A stretch of DNA of 63,200 bases, counting the filler, from Choristocarpus tenellus KU-1152 (Eukaryota; Protista; Phaeophyceae), in assembly GCA_964200185.2 (NCBI GenBank). It is 9 parts of 9 records of this genome, joined end to end, with 100 filler letters (N's around TTAATTAATTAA, not from the genome) between each part and the next. Parts side by side here need not be neighbours in the genome. Positions count along the whole stretch, not along the records: positions 18,470 to 28,212 come from CAXNAD020003435.1; positions 28,313 to 37,122 come from CAXNAD020004306.1; positions 37,223 to 44,248 come from CAXNAD020006830.1; 6 more parts are not named here. One strand, given 5' to 3'. The notes under the pieces are model-generated. The model ran no database searches and was not told the origin of the DNA. It saw only the letters and a list, made by a program, of their open reading frames with translations. The position numbers and the translations under genes were made by a program. Position 1 is the first letter of the stretch, and the number at the start of each line of letters is the position of its first letter. Positions 25,638 through 37,841 of the stretch are shown here, piece by piece.

Positions 25638-27762
25638 ACACAGAAAAATGGATGAAAGAGGTGCTTCGGCAGCAACACTGGATTTCATCGATTGAGTAAC
25701 CCCCCAGCACATTGAGATGTTCATTTTTTCGTTGTCAGGTTGGTACACTATAGCCGACCTTGTCATGGATGCGCTCCTTACACCGTACATGGCAAATTGA
25801 ATCGATTGAATCAGAGAGCAAGAGTAACTGAGAGGGGTGTGCGTCTTGGCTGTTTCTGGACCCAAGAGGGATTCTTATACTTTGTTTTGTCAAAAAAAAA
25901 ATTCAAGACTTTTGAAGTAATTCATAGCACTCTGGAGTGAGTAGATACCCCCACTATATCGCAACAAGAAAACATGTTCTGAAGGTCAAGTAGAACAGCC
26001 CTCTTCACTCTTCACTCTTGCTTCAAACCTTTCATCGATGTTAAGTGCATAATGGTGGGGAGAGTTGGTAATGGCCATCACTATCCCTTTTGACATGTAT
26101 CTATCTTTATTTTTGTACATTCTATATGTACTTCATTATCAGTCCAAAGAGAATTCAACACGCTGCTAAGGGACAGATGGGGGTGGCGGATGCTCATCAA
26201 CGATACAAGGGAATACATATATATATATATATCAATCTAACCCTAACCCTAGTGAGCCAAAGTGAAGAAAACGTACCCAGATTTTGGCCGATATTCATTT
26301 CAAATCCGCTTTTCAATCTCTTCCAATTCACTCATATTGCTATAGATAAATTTCCAAGTTTGAGTTGAGAATGTTTATTTCTCCACTGTTTGAAACCTTT
26401 CCGATGCAATTCAGAAAATACCCTGTACACATCTGAAAGGAAAAAAACAACAACATATCCTTGTACTCAGTACAGAGCAGCCCAACCCCAGCCTGCTTAC
26501 CCCATTGATTGATAGGTTCAAAGATCCTATCACTACTCCTGTACTTACGGACACAATGAGACATTTAAATTGAAACGTTTATCCCATACAAAATAAATCG
26601 GCTCAGAAACGTTGTGTATATATATACTGGATTGGAATCAAACGTGCGTGCAGCGTACGAATCGGCGCGGCCGTAGCCCCAATGGCTATGGAATGCCACG
26701 AGCAGAAGAGTACCACATTGTGAATACGAGCTAGAGACAACTAATCGAAATCTCGCCCCCCTTGATTTCCAATGCTGTAATTCACTATATATGTTGCTAT
26801 AGCGGTTGAATCGCTGTAATTCACAACACTTATACATATATATATATATATATACATAAATACATCGTCTGTATATATGTATACATATTTGTGTACACAC
26901 ACACACACACTCCTAAAGGAGCGATGCACCCAACCCTAACCTTATCTTTCCCCTTCTCTTTCAAGGTACACAGTTGTAGCGTGTACACGGCGAAAGGGCT
27001 AGTCATGCAGTGCATAGTCTCTTGCCTTATCCCTGCCCATGATTTCTGACAGTCTTGACATTAGTTGCTCTTCGTCGATGCCGTTCTGGTAGCCGCTACA
27101 CACTCCTCCGTAGCTGTTTCTGGGGCTGGTGTTGACTGGCGGAAAAGAGCTGTGGTCTACCAGGTCCGCTTCTTCTTGCTCCTGCAGGGAGTCCATGTTG
27201 GTGGTACAGAAATATCCTTTATTAAAAGGCTGGATGCTTGTGTATGCAGCCATCAAGGAGCAGCGTGTGTTACAGGGTAATTAATATAGGATGTCTTTGG
27301 GGACACATGGGGCAAAGGAAGGAAGGGGATACAGATGAAGTCACACTATTAAATCGGCAAGAGTGGCTTTTTTTATTATTTTTTCCCCATTGTGATATGA
27401 TTGATGGTTCTGCAAGTGGAGTACTGGTACCTAACCCTGGTTACTCTGTCCTACCCTTCAAGAGCAAGTACCTCATTCCTGTGAACGTGTATTTTCCAAC
27501 CTCATTGGCGTCCATTTGATTACATACTTGTACTATTGTCTTACAGTCGGCTCTCGCCGCAAGACACATCATCCAGTTTCTCGAAAAGCAACTAAGTGCA
27601 TCATACCCAATGTAGATAAAACAGCTAGGTGGGTGTAACATCTATTCAATTACCCAAGCATATAGGCATATGACGACTGAGCCGGCTCCCCTTGTGTTCC
27701 TCTTCCTCCAATTCATAGTGCTCCCTCTGTGAGCGGGCACAAACCAATTGCTCCAGACAGCG

Positions 27763-28035
27763 GAGCCAAAGTATCTTAGGGTTAGGGTAGAGCCGCGTCC
27801 ATTTGGCGGCCAAAATCTAATTTTGAGATTTTGCTATACTTTTGGCTATCGTATTTGCTAGGAGATGTCAATATCCTACTTCCGGAAGCAGCTTTTCATA
27901 ACATACACGTTTTACATACTCTGAAACATTTTGGCGTGTAGGCAAAACATCATTAAAAACCTGTGGGAAGCCAAAAGGGTATACCCCAAATGGACAAACA
28001 GAGAAGAGCTCGTACCCTCTAACATACTTTAACTC
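27763..28035. mobile_element. MITE family A, TSD AGCG, left TIR modified to TTAGGGTTAGGG
   Basis: AGCG at 27759-27762 and 28036-28039; TIRs and body match family A. Confidence 0.9.
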
Positions 28036-28312
28036 AGCGGAGTCATTCCATTCAGAGCAAAAAAATAAAACGTTTGTTCGCCGCAAAATAACAGAAAAAA
28101 TACAAAAGAATACAAGATACATATATTTTTGGTTCTATTCTTTCCCCCCACAACTGTGTCTATTTGGACAGTCAGCCGAGCTTCAATGGAGGAAAAGGGG
28201 GAGGGGGAGAGGNNNNNNNNNNNNNNNNNNNNNNNNNNNNNNNNNNNNNNNNNNNNTTAATTAATTAANNNNNNNNNNNNNNNNNNNNNNNNNNNNNNNN
28301 NNNNNNNNNNNN

Positions 28313-28371
28313 CAACATTGTATTTTGATCCCCAAATAGACGCGGATCTACCCTCTAAGATACTTTGGCTC
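28313..28371. mobile_element. MITE family A, terminal fragment after spacer
   Basis: ...CTACCCTCTAAGATACTTTGGCTC. Confidence 0.8.
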
Positions 28372-28640
28372 TGATGGTTCCCCGAAGGTAAATAAACTTA
28401 TCAGTCTGCTGGTAGGTCTAGTCCAGTGCTTCAATGTGCGTTGTTTCAGCAACCTGGTTAGGGGGCCAAAGACACATGGTTTCTATCTTCTTAAACACTG
28501 ATACAGTCACATCAAATGATCTGGCCAACTTCACAAGCACTGTCGTCATCCTGGTCAAATCCACGGTATGCATTGTACAACATGGGAATTATAGTCGCAC
28601 GATTTCCTGTACTAATCCTATGATCTGCACAAAGTTCAAA

Positions 28641-28816
28641 GGCTCAAAGTATCTGGGGGGGGGGGGATTACACCACCAGGGTGTCCATCTGGTCCTGACC
28701 AGGAGAAGTGAACTTGCGTTATCCATCCGATGCATGCAACCAAACTACCCAAAAATGGCGACATGGAAAAATGGCCCCCAAGTGGACACTGACGCCCGCC
28801 CCAGATACTTTGAGCC
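28641..28816. mobile_element. MITE family B, complete 176 bp
   Basis: GGCTCAAAGTATCTGGGG ... CCCCAGATACTTTGAGCC perfect 18-bp TIR; AAA on both flanks. Confidence 0.88.
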
Positions 28817-29048
28817 AAATGCTGAGTGATCGACACACCACTTCATTTCCTTGGGCAAGTTTGGACAAACTACTAGAACAGGCGCAAGTGTGGTTCTTGG
28901 AATAAAACTAGTGGGGTACAATGAAATGATCTCCCCCAGTGAACACTTGAGACACCTTAAAATACATTGAATTCTTCTTCTTTCCCATGACATTGTCTAT
29001 TGCACCTCAAAGGATTTGGCCTCCAATAGCAGGCAATACTTAAAGGGA

Positions 29049-29318
29049 GGGTCAAAGCATTTAAGATGGTAGGAGTTTTGCCCTGTTTGTCCGTTCGGGG
29101 CTTGACTTTCCACGGGTGTTTTGTACCCTTTTTTCGGTTTTCTGAGTGAACATTTCGGATTTCGGAGTAGGTAAAATGTATAGGATTATGAAAGGTCTGT
29201 CTGGAGCAAGGATATTGACACTTGCTAACAAACGCGATAGCCAAAATTCATCAAAATTGCAACATTGGATTAATGACTCCCAATGGACGCAGCCCTATCC
29301 TCTTCAATGCTTTGAATT
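29049..29318. mobile_element. Diverged MITE family A relative
   Basis: Body collinear with 9618-9875 (TTCGGAGTAG.TAAAATGTA, CAAGGATATTGACA, CATCAAAATTGCAACATTGGAT); termini GGGTCAAAGCAT...ATGCTTTGAA. Confidence 0.75.
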
Positions 29319-31074
29319 AGAGGGCCATAAAGGAGAGAAGTCTCCATGTATCTATGTCTGCAGAAGAAATAGAACAGATCACTGACGCCCCTGGAAGTCA
29401 GCATGCATGCTTTTCTGCACACCCTCCCAAACTCTCTGCATGGCAACCTCCTCTATTGTCAATAGAGTGCATCTCTGTCTCAAAATTGTTGTCCCTCACC
29501 TATCAAAGACTCTTTAGCCTCTGCTAGACAGAACCCCACTTGAAGTCTCCAATTCCTCTACTTTAGTTACAACTCATTGGTTTGAGGTAAGAGAACAGAT
29601 AGAAACTCCAGTGGATTCAGTTCAAAGTCAGACCTAAGCTACTCTTGTGGGCATGTTGATAGATAGGAAGGGCTCACATCTCTACCGTGGGTGATTTGCT
29701 ATAGAAATGACAAAGGTGTGAATCCTTTCCTATCAACATTCCTGCCTGAGAAGTATACGTCTACCTAATATCCCAACATGTGGGGATTACTGTCCGTTCT
29801 CCTACCTTGACAAGCTTAGGCAAGCACTCAGATGAAGGAAAAATGAAATGCAACCCTGCGTAGGTTATACCCGAGGTCCTAGCTTCACGTAATTAGCGCC
29901 AGCTATATCAGATCAAGATCATGACGAAATTCAGAAGCTGGAAACTTTGGCATAAACAGAATGACATCTCATGTGCAATTAGAGTTATGAAGGGAATTAA
30001 AGGTCTCAACAAAGAAGTATTGAGTCAGGGCGTAAAAGAAACACAAGGCCAATGGCATTACGGAAAGTGTTGAGCTTTCACCTAAACTTTCGCATTTCAC
30101 ATCCACCTTACCTCACCAATCTGGCCGCATGCAAAAGGGCAGGACACCTGGACGAAAAAGGCTGCCTCGAAACAGGAAAGGGCGCCACTAATTCCTCCTC
30201 CTCTTTGTTCCACTACCACTCACAAGTTACATTCCAGACATGAATAACAAATGAAACAACCAAGCACTGAAGGAGTCTTGCCAGAGACAACATTTATGGG
30301 ATCCCAGTCTGACAAACAAACCCTGACCAAGACCCACCAAAGTAAAGGCCCTCACAGTCCAGACACTGATTATTCCTTGTTAACTAAATCTATGACCTTC
30401 ACAACCAAAGAATGAGTTTACCAACAAGATCTTAAAATCTTGAGCAAAAATACCAAAAATAGGCATGCATTATCAATAATTGCCGACACTTCAATCCAAT
30501 CAGAACACTTCAACGGGCCCTTTCATCTCAAACACCTGGCTTCTCTCAAATCCTCCATCAGATTCATCCAAACTCAAACACAACAATGGAACCAGAAGTG
30601 GAAAGTGGCGTTGAAATTTCGCTCAAGAAATCTGTATTGTTCATATTAAGCACATACAAAACGATTATGCTACTACCAGTAACTAAATGTATACCAGAAC
30701 CTATGGTTTGTGGAGAGGGAGGATATCGGAGGGGCTAAAAGAAGACAGGTCAGTGATTGAAGGGTTGGTAAGTGGAGTGAAGGATCAGGACAAGTTGGTA
30801 GGCCAATGTATGAACCTCAGCTCCCACAAGGAGTGGGAAACCCTACAAGAAAAGGGCTTCCAAAATCTTAGGCAGTAGTAGTAACACTTAAGCAATCATG
30901 TTTGCGGCTCATTGTATCTTCCTTCAATCAACCTTCATCAACTTGACGATAATCCCTGCCTCAATACGTAACCTCCTGTGTGCTTTTTTCCACCAAAAGT
31001 CGACACTGTGAGCTCCTCATGCAAAAAGAAAGCTCTGAAGGGATCTCAGTCACAAACTGAGAATGCCTATGAGT

Positions 31075-32030
31075 AGGGATACTTGGAAAGTACCAGAACG
31101 AAATTGATCAACCTTCTTGTCCAAGATATCAGGAAAAGTGAGGAATAGAGAAGATTTGCAGGGACGAGGCAGACAGGGGTGTGGCGAGGCACAGTTTGAT
31201 CAGATGAGTGCAATGGTAGGAGAACTAAGCTGTAGAGGGAGGGTAGATCAGATAGTTGGGGAGGTGAACGCAATGCAGCTGAAGATTAGCGAATGCCTTG
31301 TAACAAACACCCAAACGTTAGTCATGATGCACGTAACGCTCCAGCACGTCATCTTAGGATGGAAAATTTGGGACAAGGAGTGACCTCACTTGCTACTGAT
31401 GAAGGAGTTGGGAGAGAAGAAGGGGGAGTCGTTGCGGTGCAAGCATCGAGGGATCAGGCAGTAGCCAAACTGCTGACACAAAAGTGGCAGTAGGATCCCG
31501 TTGGATCCAGCTCAAGGGATAACCTTCCAGTTGAAGTCGGTAGGATAGTAACCCCCTCACGGTTGCACAGAGGGTGTTGGTTTGGGGAGAGGGAAGTGGT
31601 ACATAAAGGAAAATCTTTCATAACGGCCAGGGTGGAGGAGATAGCAATGGGAGGGGAGGGGGAGGAAAGAGTAAGGCAGGCCTAAATGAAAACCTTCTGC
31701 AGGCGAAGTCCCTGAAGGTAAAACAACTCCTTGTCCCAAATTTTCTAGCTGTAAGATGATGTGCTAGAGCATTCCGTGCATCACCCTGACCTAACAGCGT
31801 CTGTTTCAAGTATTCGCTAGTCTTCAGCGGGATCACCTTCACCACATTGACTCTCGGATCTACCCTTCCCTATGCAGTTTAGATCTCCTACCTTCGTAGC
31901 CATCTGATCGAGCTGCCTCGGCATACCCCTGTCGGCCTCGTTCTGACAAATTTTCTCCGTTCCTCACTTGTTCCGACATTTTGTATAAGAAAGTTGATCA
32001 ATCTTGTCCGGGTACTTTCCAAGTAGCCCT
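31075..32030. repeat. Diverged ~300-bp inverted repeat (31075-31381 / 31726-32030)
   Basis: Collinear blocks TACTTGGAAAGTACC, ATTGATCAAC, GACAGGGGT, GGGTAGATC, TGATGCACG and GAAAATTTGGGACAAGGAGT present in opposite orientations. Confidence 0.85.
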
Positions 32031-32279
32031 TCTTGTAGGCTTCCCACCCCTCAGTAGAGCGTGTGTCCTTGCTTTTACCTATGTCCTCGCCCTTACCATT
32101 CCTTGACCCATCTCTTTTCATCCTACCATGTAGCACAAATCACAGGTTTTGTATTAAACTAAGAAGTTGTGGTTTAGAAGTCAGAACCAGGTACACCCGA
32201 TAATGCCACCTTGTCCAAATTTGAATTGGGTAACGCGAGTCTACACCTATCAGTCCTTACCTTGTGAAAGTGTTGAAGG

Positions 32280-35200
32280 ATGAACTTCGGAGCGAAAGGT
32301 AAATCCCTTCTAGTGGAGCTGCAGCGGAGTGACTGGCTTCCACAGTATAGCGAGGATGGAGTCAGGGGCGTACTCGCGGAGATACAGGCTCTGTGGGATG
32401 AGCTCAATGACACACTTGGGGGACGATCAACAGTGAGCTGTCGTGACCATTTCTCAGTTCTATCACTGTGGCGTGCACAAGCGTAGCGTTGGATCTATTT
32501 TTGATCCTCAACATGTGTTCGTACTATACTGCAAGCTTGACGATCTGTACGGCACGTTGATATTCAAACTCTCCTGTACTCAAACCTTCCATCCCCTCAA
32601 ATTGGAAATGTGGAGGGTCTAAGCAGCGTACGCCGCGCACTCTTGACCGCCAGCGCCCACTGCCTGAGTCATAGAATTTTGTAGATGTCTAGCGATATGG
32701 CTTCCCTTTTTGGAGGTTGACCCAAACATCTCTCCACTCTTGGGACACAGGACGATATCCCAGATCCAGTAAAGGTGAGCTTGGTCGTTCATCACCAGGC
32801 GCTTCTCCGGAATAAGCGCTGCCTGCTGGCTTATATCAAGTGGCGATCGGACAGGTGAGGCCTAACGCATTGCCAGCTCCCAGGAACCGGTTGGAGGGTA
32901 ACCCAAACTTACGTCCAGAAAAAATCCCCCAATGGGGATGGAGTGAGATGCTTCAAGGAACATACCGCACACAATAAATTAGATGACAGGGGCACACCTT
33001 GCCAGATTTTCGAGTAGGTGAACAGCCAAAGAGCCCTTCGCGGAAGTGAGACTAGTCGCCGAAAACCTCCGCGTTGTCACCTCGAGTTTGCGCTGTGTGT
33101 GAATGTTGTAGTGAAGAGTAACCGTTTTGAAGAAAACAACCCAATCCTTTTTTTCGGTGAGTGCTATATAAATTGGGGGGCAAAGATTTTGAAATGATGA
33201 CATGTCTATAGCTATTAAGCCCGGCCAATCAATGGTTGATGACCTCTCGTGGGAGTGTTGAAGTTGATGGGGAAAATCAGAATGGGGGACCTATTTCTGG
33301 CCACGAAGCTATGGACTCTCTGAGTATGAGGGTGTGACCTCTGTAGAGTCAGTGTGATAGGGATGCACGACCCAGAAGAAATGCTTAAAAACTAGTCTTA
33401 GTGTGCCTTACAAGCTTTGTCTTTGTCTGGAGTGAAACAAAATAGTTTTGAATGTAGCATGGATTTCAGATGGTGGTGAAAAGCAAAAGTCGCTCGTCCC
33501 GCATCTAAGTTTTCTTTGTATGAGGACAAGGAATCGGATAGACGATCAGTTTCTGAAAAAGGACAAAAAGGAGTAGTTTAATGCCCTGTAGAGAGTGGTC
33601 AGTACTTTTCCACCTATCCGTGTGGATGTTGATATGCATACAACAACAAGCATATTAGGGTAAGTACTCTTGCGCCCCTACCAAGCCCTACCTATGATCT
33701 GAGAGCATCTCAGGAAGGTGTTGGTTGACCCCTTGCCATCCGTAATGGGCATTAGGATGGAGTAAACTGTACTATGTTCGTAGATAGTGCTGCTGATACA
33801 CGTAGACACCACCAGTGGATTAGATTATAGGATGGAGAGCCAGTAACAGATATATTATATGTACTGACTGATAGTGTTGATTGGTTTTAGATCATGTTCA
33901 AGATACACTTCCTATACTAAAGATAAGTAAATAAGTTATTCATAGTAAATTAGTGTGGACGGTTACAAACCCCACACTATAGAGTAATGATGGTAATTAA
34001 GGCTAGTGTCTCACCCACGAGCTCAGTCAGCGGAATCGAGACCACAAGACCCTTGTAATATAAACTTTACTCATCTACATCAAGCTGTTCTTTGTCCTTT
34101 ACTAAAGCACCATAAAAGCCGCGGGTCCAGTGTGGGATAGTTCAACATGCTATACTACTTTATTTGGTTACACTGTACTGATACTGTGTGTTCTGTAGAC
34201 AGTACTGATCAGAACCCCAACTAGTGACAGGATTATAGTAATTATAATATATGCAAGATACTCATTTGTGTTTATCTATGGAGGTTGTGGCCTCTAGCTA
34301 GAGATAAACTCCAAAGTATCTATTTTCAGACCAGGCTACTAATCTATAAAGTAGTAACTGTAAAGGTAACATTGACAAATAAGAGTGGAAAAATAAAAAC
34401 TTAGGAGGATACAGTATCAAGAGGAAGGAATAATGTAGATGTCGTGGGATGCAATTTTCTATTACCACCTCAACAGAATAAGAAATTATAATTTAGTGAC
34501 CTGAACTCCCAAATACTTAAGTGTCCTACCCCAATCACCTAAGGACTTTGAAAAATTATTATTCATGGTCTGAAATCCTAAATACTCTTCTGTCTTATCT
34601 CCATGCCACACCATGGCACAATGACAAACATTGGGGGTCAACAATGCCTTCTTTCTTTCCCAGGATTGCACAGTTACGGTGGGAGACCGGCCCTGTGGTG
34701 CCACAGGAGCTTCAACAAAACCTCAGTTCAAGGGAAATGGAATTCTTCAACAAGTACGACAAGATCCTCACAGGCTACATGCAGGTTATTAAGAGTCTGA
34801 ATCGTGGCCCTATGTTTCTTCCTACTTCAAAATACTAGGCCATCTCTGGTGGGCAGACAGGAACTGTACTGTAATCATAGGGTTGATCAAGGTCCATTGT
34901 AGTGACAATGTTTTGGCATTGATGCACATCAACATTGGAGTGTTCGCAAAAATATGTTTTAAAGTGAATCCAGACTAGATTTTAGTGTTTGGCAGGGAAT
35001 TTGTGTTACAGCCTCCCTGTAACAAATGCAGTACTGTCAAGGTTGACTTGTCCATCACAGGCTACCAGCTTCCCTACACACTGACAGTCAATCTGACTGT
35101 ATGTCACCCCTTGCTCCACCATTTCTTTGTGTGAACAGGACTTTGAGTTGGACCTCACTGCCGACCTGCAGCCCCCTAAGGAGCTACATGTCGAGGTACG

Positions 35201-36032
35201 CGTACTTCAAGATTGTGGGGAGATCATGACTGACCAGGTGTGTAGAGCTCAGTGTGTGTGCTTTTTTTTAGAGCATTTTACATACTTAGTACAAAATTGG
35301 ACACACACGTAGAGTTGTGATTTACAGTGCAAAATTGAGATCCTACCCATGGGATGCAATACATTGCACTGAACTGCAATTAGTAAGTTGATTCTTGCTA
35401 TTTTGTGCATTGTGTCCTATTATGGAGAGAGAAAGGTGAAGCATGTGATATTTTGATCCACGTTACCTGTTTTAAGGTTGTTTGCGAGGGAGCAAACCCC
35501 CCACCTCATGTACTTGACTCCCTCTCCTGACAGTCGACATTCACTGCCTGAAATTACCATGCCACCCTTTTAACTTGAAGCTGGCACATGACTCACTGCT
35601 ATCCTATGATCTTCACACCCCTCCGACCTTTTACTTTTAATCAAAATTTATTTCACATATTCAGGAATTCATTGTGGGCTCTACACACAAGTAGTATGTC
35701 AGAACATTTGAAACCATGTGTTGCTCTGTACTGTGATGACCTGTATTGGAGTATTACTCCACTATAAAGCACTCCAGAATACAAGCATTGTTTTGTTCTT
35801 CTTGGAAGTATGCTGTTTCCTGCACTCCATTTGCTCCCCAGAGTCATGGTATTACAAAACCTACCCACTCTCTCACTCTTAACCCTTGAATCATATTGCA
35901 AAACATTTGTGGGGACAACGGCAGGGTCCTGTAAAGCTGGATAGGGGTACTACACACCTTTTGCGTAGATCAGATGTTGAGCACCTGGTTCGACAGGGAT
36001 TTCTACACGAATTGGATAATGAATCCACATGA
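32280..36032 (+). CDS. GINS1: GINS complex subunit Psf1, complete, 194 aa. Exons 32280-32432, 32751-32854, 34664-34784, 35139-35237, 35925-36032
   Basis: LLRNKRCLLAY, LRWETG, LQPPKELHVEVRVLQDCGEI and HLLRRSDVEHLVRQG are Psf1 signatures; exons sum to 585 nt with GT-AG sites in phase. Confidence 0.95.
33775..34147. mobile_element. Solo LTR in GINS1 intron 2
   Basis: TG...CA ends (TGTTCG...TTCAACA), flanks TACTA/TGCTA (5-bp TSD, 1 mismatch); homologous to the reverse complement of 51866-52129. Confidence 0.8.
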
Positions 36033-37077
36033 TGGCTGAGGTTTGGCTGAGGTTTTCCTGTTGTGACAAGTCTTTTTATATGTGTTTCTTTGTTAGCGTT
36101 CACTGTATTTTATTGACTCCTAGAGTTTGTATAGTGATGTTTTTTTTGCGAGGGCTTTGATGTGGTGAGAGAGTATCTCACCGCACTAGTGTCTGGGGGA
36201 TTTCTTCTTGACTTGACTTCTATGTAGAAGTTGGATAGTGGCAGCTGTGCAGCATGTGACCCTCAATTCTGTCGGCACAAGCACAAATAATGACTGTATA
36301 GTACAGTGGGTGAAGGTGGAGACAGACAAGGATCTCTGCTAAAACTTTTCATTTGGTATGCTTAATTACAGCGAGCAATCACTAGAATACCTACCTTGTG
36401 TTCTTGCGAACAACTAAGAAAACACCTTTTTTTGTAGTGGATGGAAGATCTCTTCTAGAAGGTCTGTTGGCTACCTAAGTTGTCCTTTGCGGCGATTCTG
36501 TCCGTCCCTCTCTAATGCTGCAGGGTACTTGTGTGGTATAGAATTCTAACATGTATGAGTACTTCGGTGCAGTGTAGGATATACGTGAGTACACAACAGC
36601 AAAGAATGATCAAATTGTGGGGGGAAATTATTACCTCAATAAGATCAGTTCTTTTGCCATGCTCCCAGTTCAGTACCAACCATATAACACTCCTGAGCTC
36701 AACCATAATGAGCAACTAGTACATTGTGCAGAAAGTGAAGAATTAATCAACACATTCTAGAACAAATAATTTGCCATGGGTTTGCCAATGAGGATCATCA
36801 ACGCTTCTTGTGCACTCTGTCACCAGTGCTGGAACCCTTCCTACTCTTGTGAGACTTCAAACCTATAGTATGGTGGATGGCTAATGCTGAGGTCTGGGGA
36901 GTAGAGCCTCCCAAGAAAGACAGACAATTATAGAGTCCACTTGAGTGCTGGAGTGGATTGTAGACTCCAAAGGATAATCTGTCAAGACTGGATTATTGGC
37001 AGTAAGGGATTAGGAGGGGCTTAGACAAGTGATTGTAGATCGCTATTTTGAGAAGATATAAAACAACGGAAATATGG

Positions 37078-37122
37078 GGGTCAAAGTATCTTGGGGGGTG
37101 GGGTGGTTTGTGAGGGGGCATC
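37078..37122. mobile_element. MITE family B left end (cut by spacer)
   Basis: GGGTCAAAGTATCTTGGGGGG. Confidence 0.65.
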
Positions 37123-37521
37123 NNNNNNNNNNNNNNNNNNNNNNNNNNNNNNNNNNNNNNNNNNNNTTAATTAATTAANNNNNNNNNNNNNNNNNNNNNN
37201 NNNNNNNNNNNNNNNNNNNNNNCAGGAAGCATTCCGCTTGCTTGCCGAGGCACTCAAAACTTTCCACCGCAAAGGTGTTGAGGTTATAACTATCGGTAGA
37301 TCGAGATATAGTTCTTATCTTGATAATTTGGTAATAAGGAAGGTAGGGCATTGGTTCTAACAATACATTTTGGAAATATCGCGAAAGGTCACCTATAAGA
37401 AAAAAACGAAGAACATGTCCAAGTACCTGTATCTCTTCACCTTACCTCTCATCCTCTCATTGATATCAATTCAACAAAATTGACTGATCGATACAACTCC
37501 TACCTTGAGAAAATCGATACA

Positions 37522-37830
37522 TGTGCAAATAGGACAATAGTGAGGTGTACCTTATTTTGTGTATGAGAGATGTAACTAATGAGATAGTACATCCCGGATT
37601 ATGAGTGGGATTAGGTATAGGTTATTATTCTGCATTCAACTACTTTGACAACTGTTGGCTTAGGAAGGAAGCACAAATAATAAAACAAGCAATGAGAAGA
37701 CACACCACAAAGGTTACTCTTCTAATTCCACCCATTCTTTTCACGTTCAGCAACGGGGGTCGTGTGAGGCTTCACACCTTCTCGTCTTCACCACTGATAA
37801 ATAGCATTACCTCCCAAGGCAAATTGCACA
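37522..37830 (+). repeat. Copia 5' LTR
   Basis: Direct repeat of 41060-41372; about 8 substitutions and 3 small indels by eye. Confidence 0.95.
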
Positions 37831-37841
37831 GGTTATGAGCC
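37831..37841 (+). other. Primer-binding site complementary to the tRNAi-Met anticodon arm (half-tRNA priming)
   Basis: GGTTATGAGCC directly after the LTR is the reverse complement of GGCUCAUAACC. Confidence 0.85.

Larger units (their letters stand above)
23570..27196 (-). pseudogene. Multi-exon gene of unknown family, degenerate in its 3' half
   Basis: Phase-compatible exons MDSLQEQEE...IMGRDK|YRSSDRIFEPINQW|VMAITNSPHHYALNIDE|RSAIVYQPDNEKMNISMCWG|LHYYNLIDQLIFIENT; later exon-like blocks (24240-24520, 23570-23700) carry in-frame TGA/TAG. Confidence 0.4.

Noticed and set aside
33194-33323. Intronic C/D box snoRNA (ATGATGA ... CTGA) in GINS1
   Set aside because: No terminal stem and no recognisable rRNA guide.
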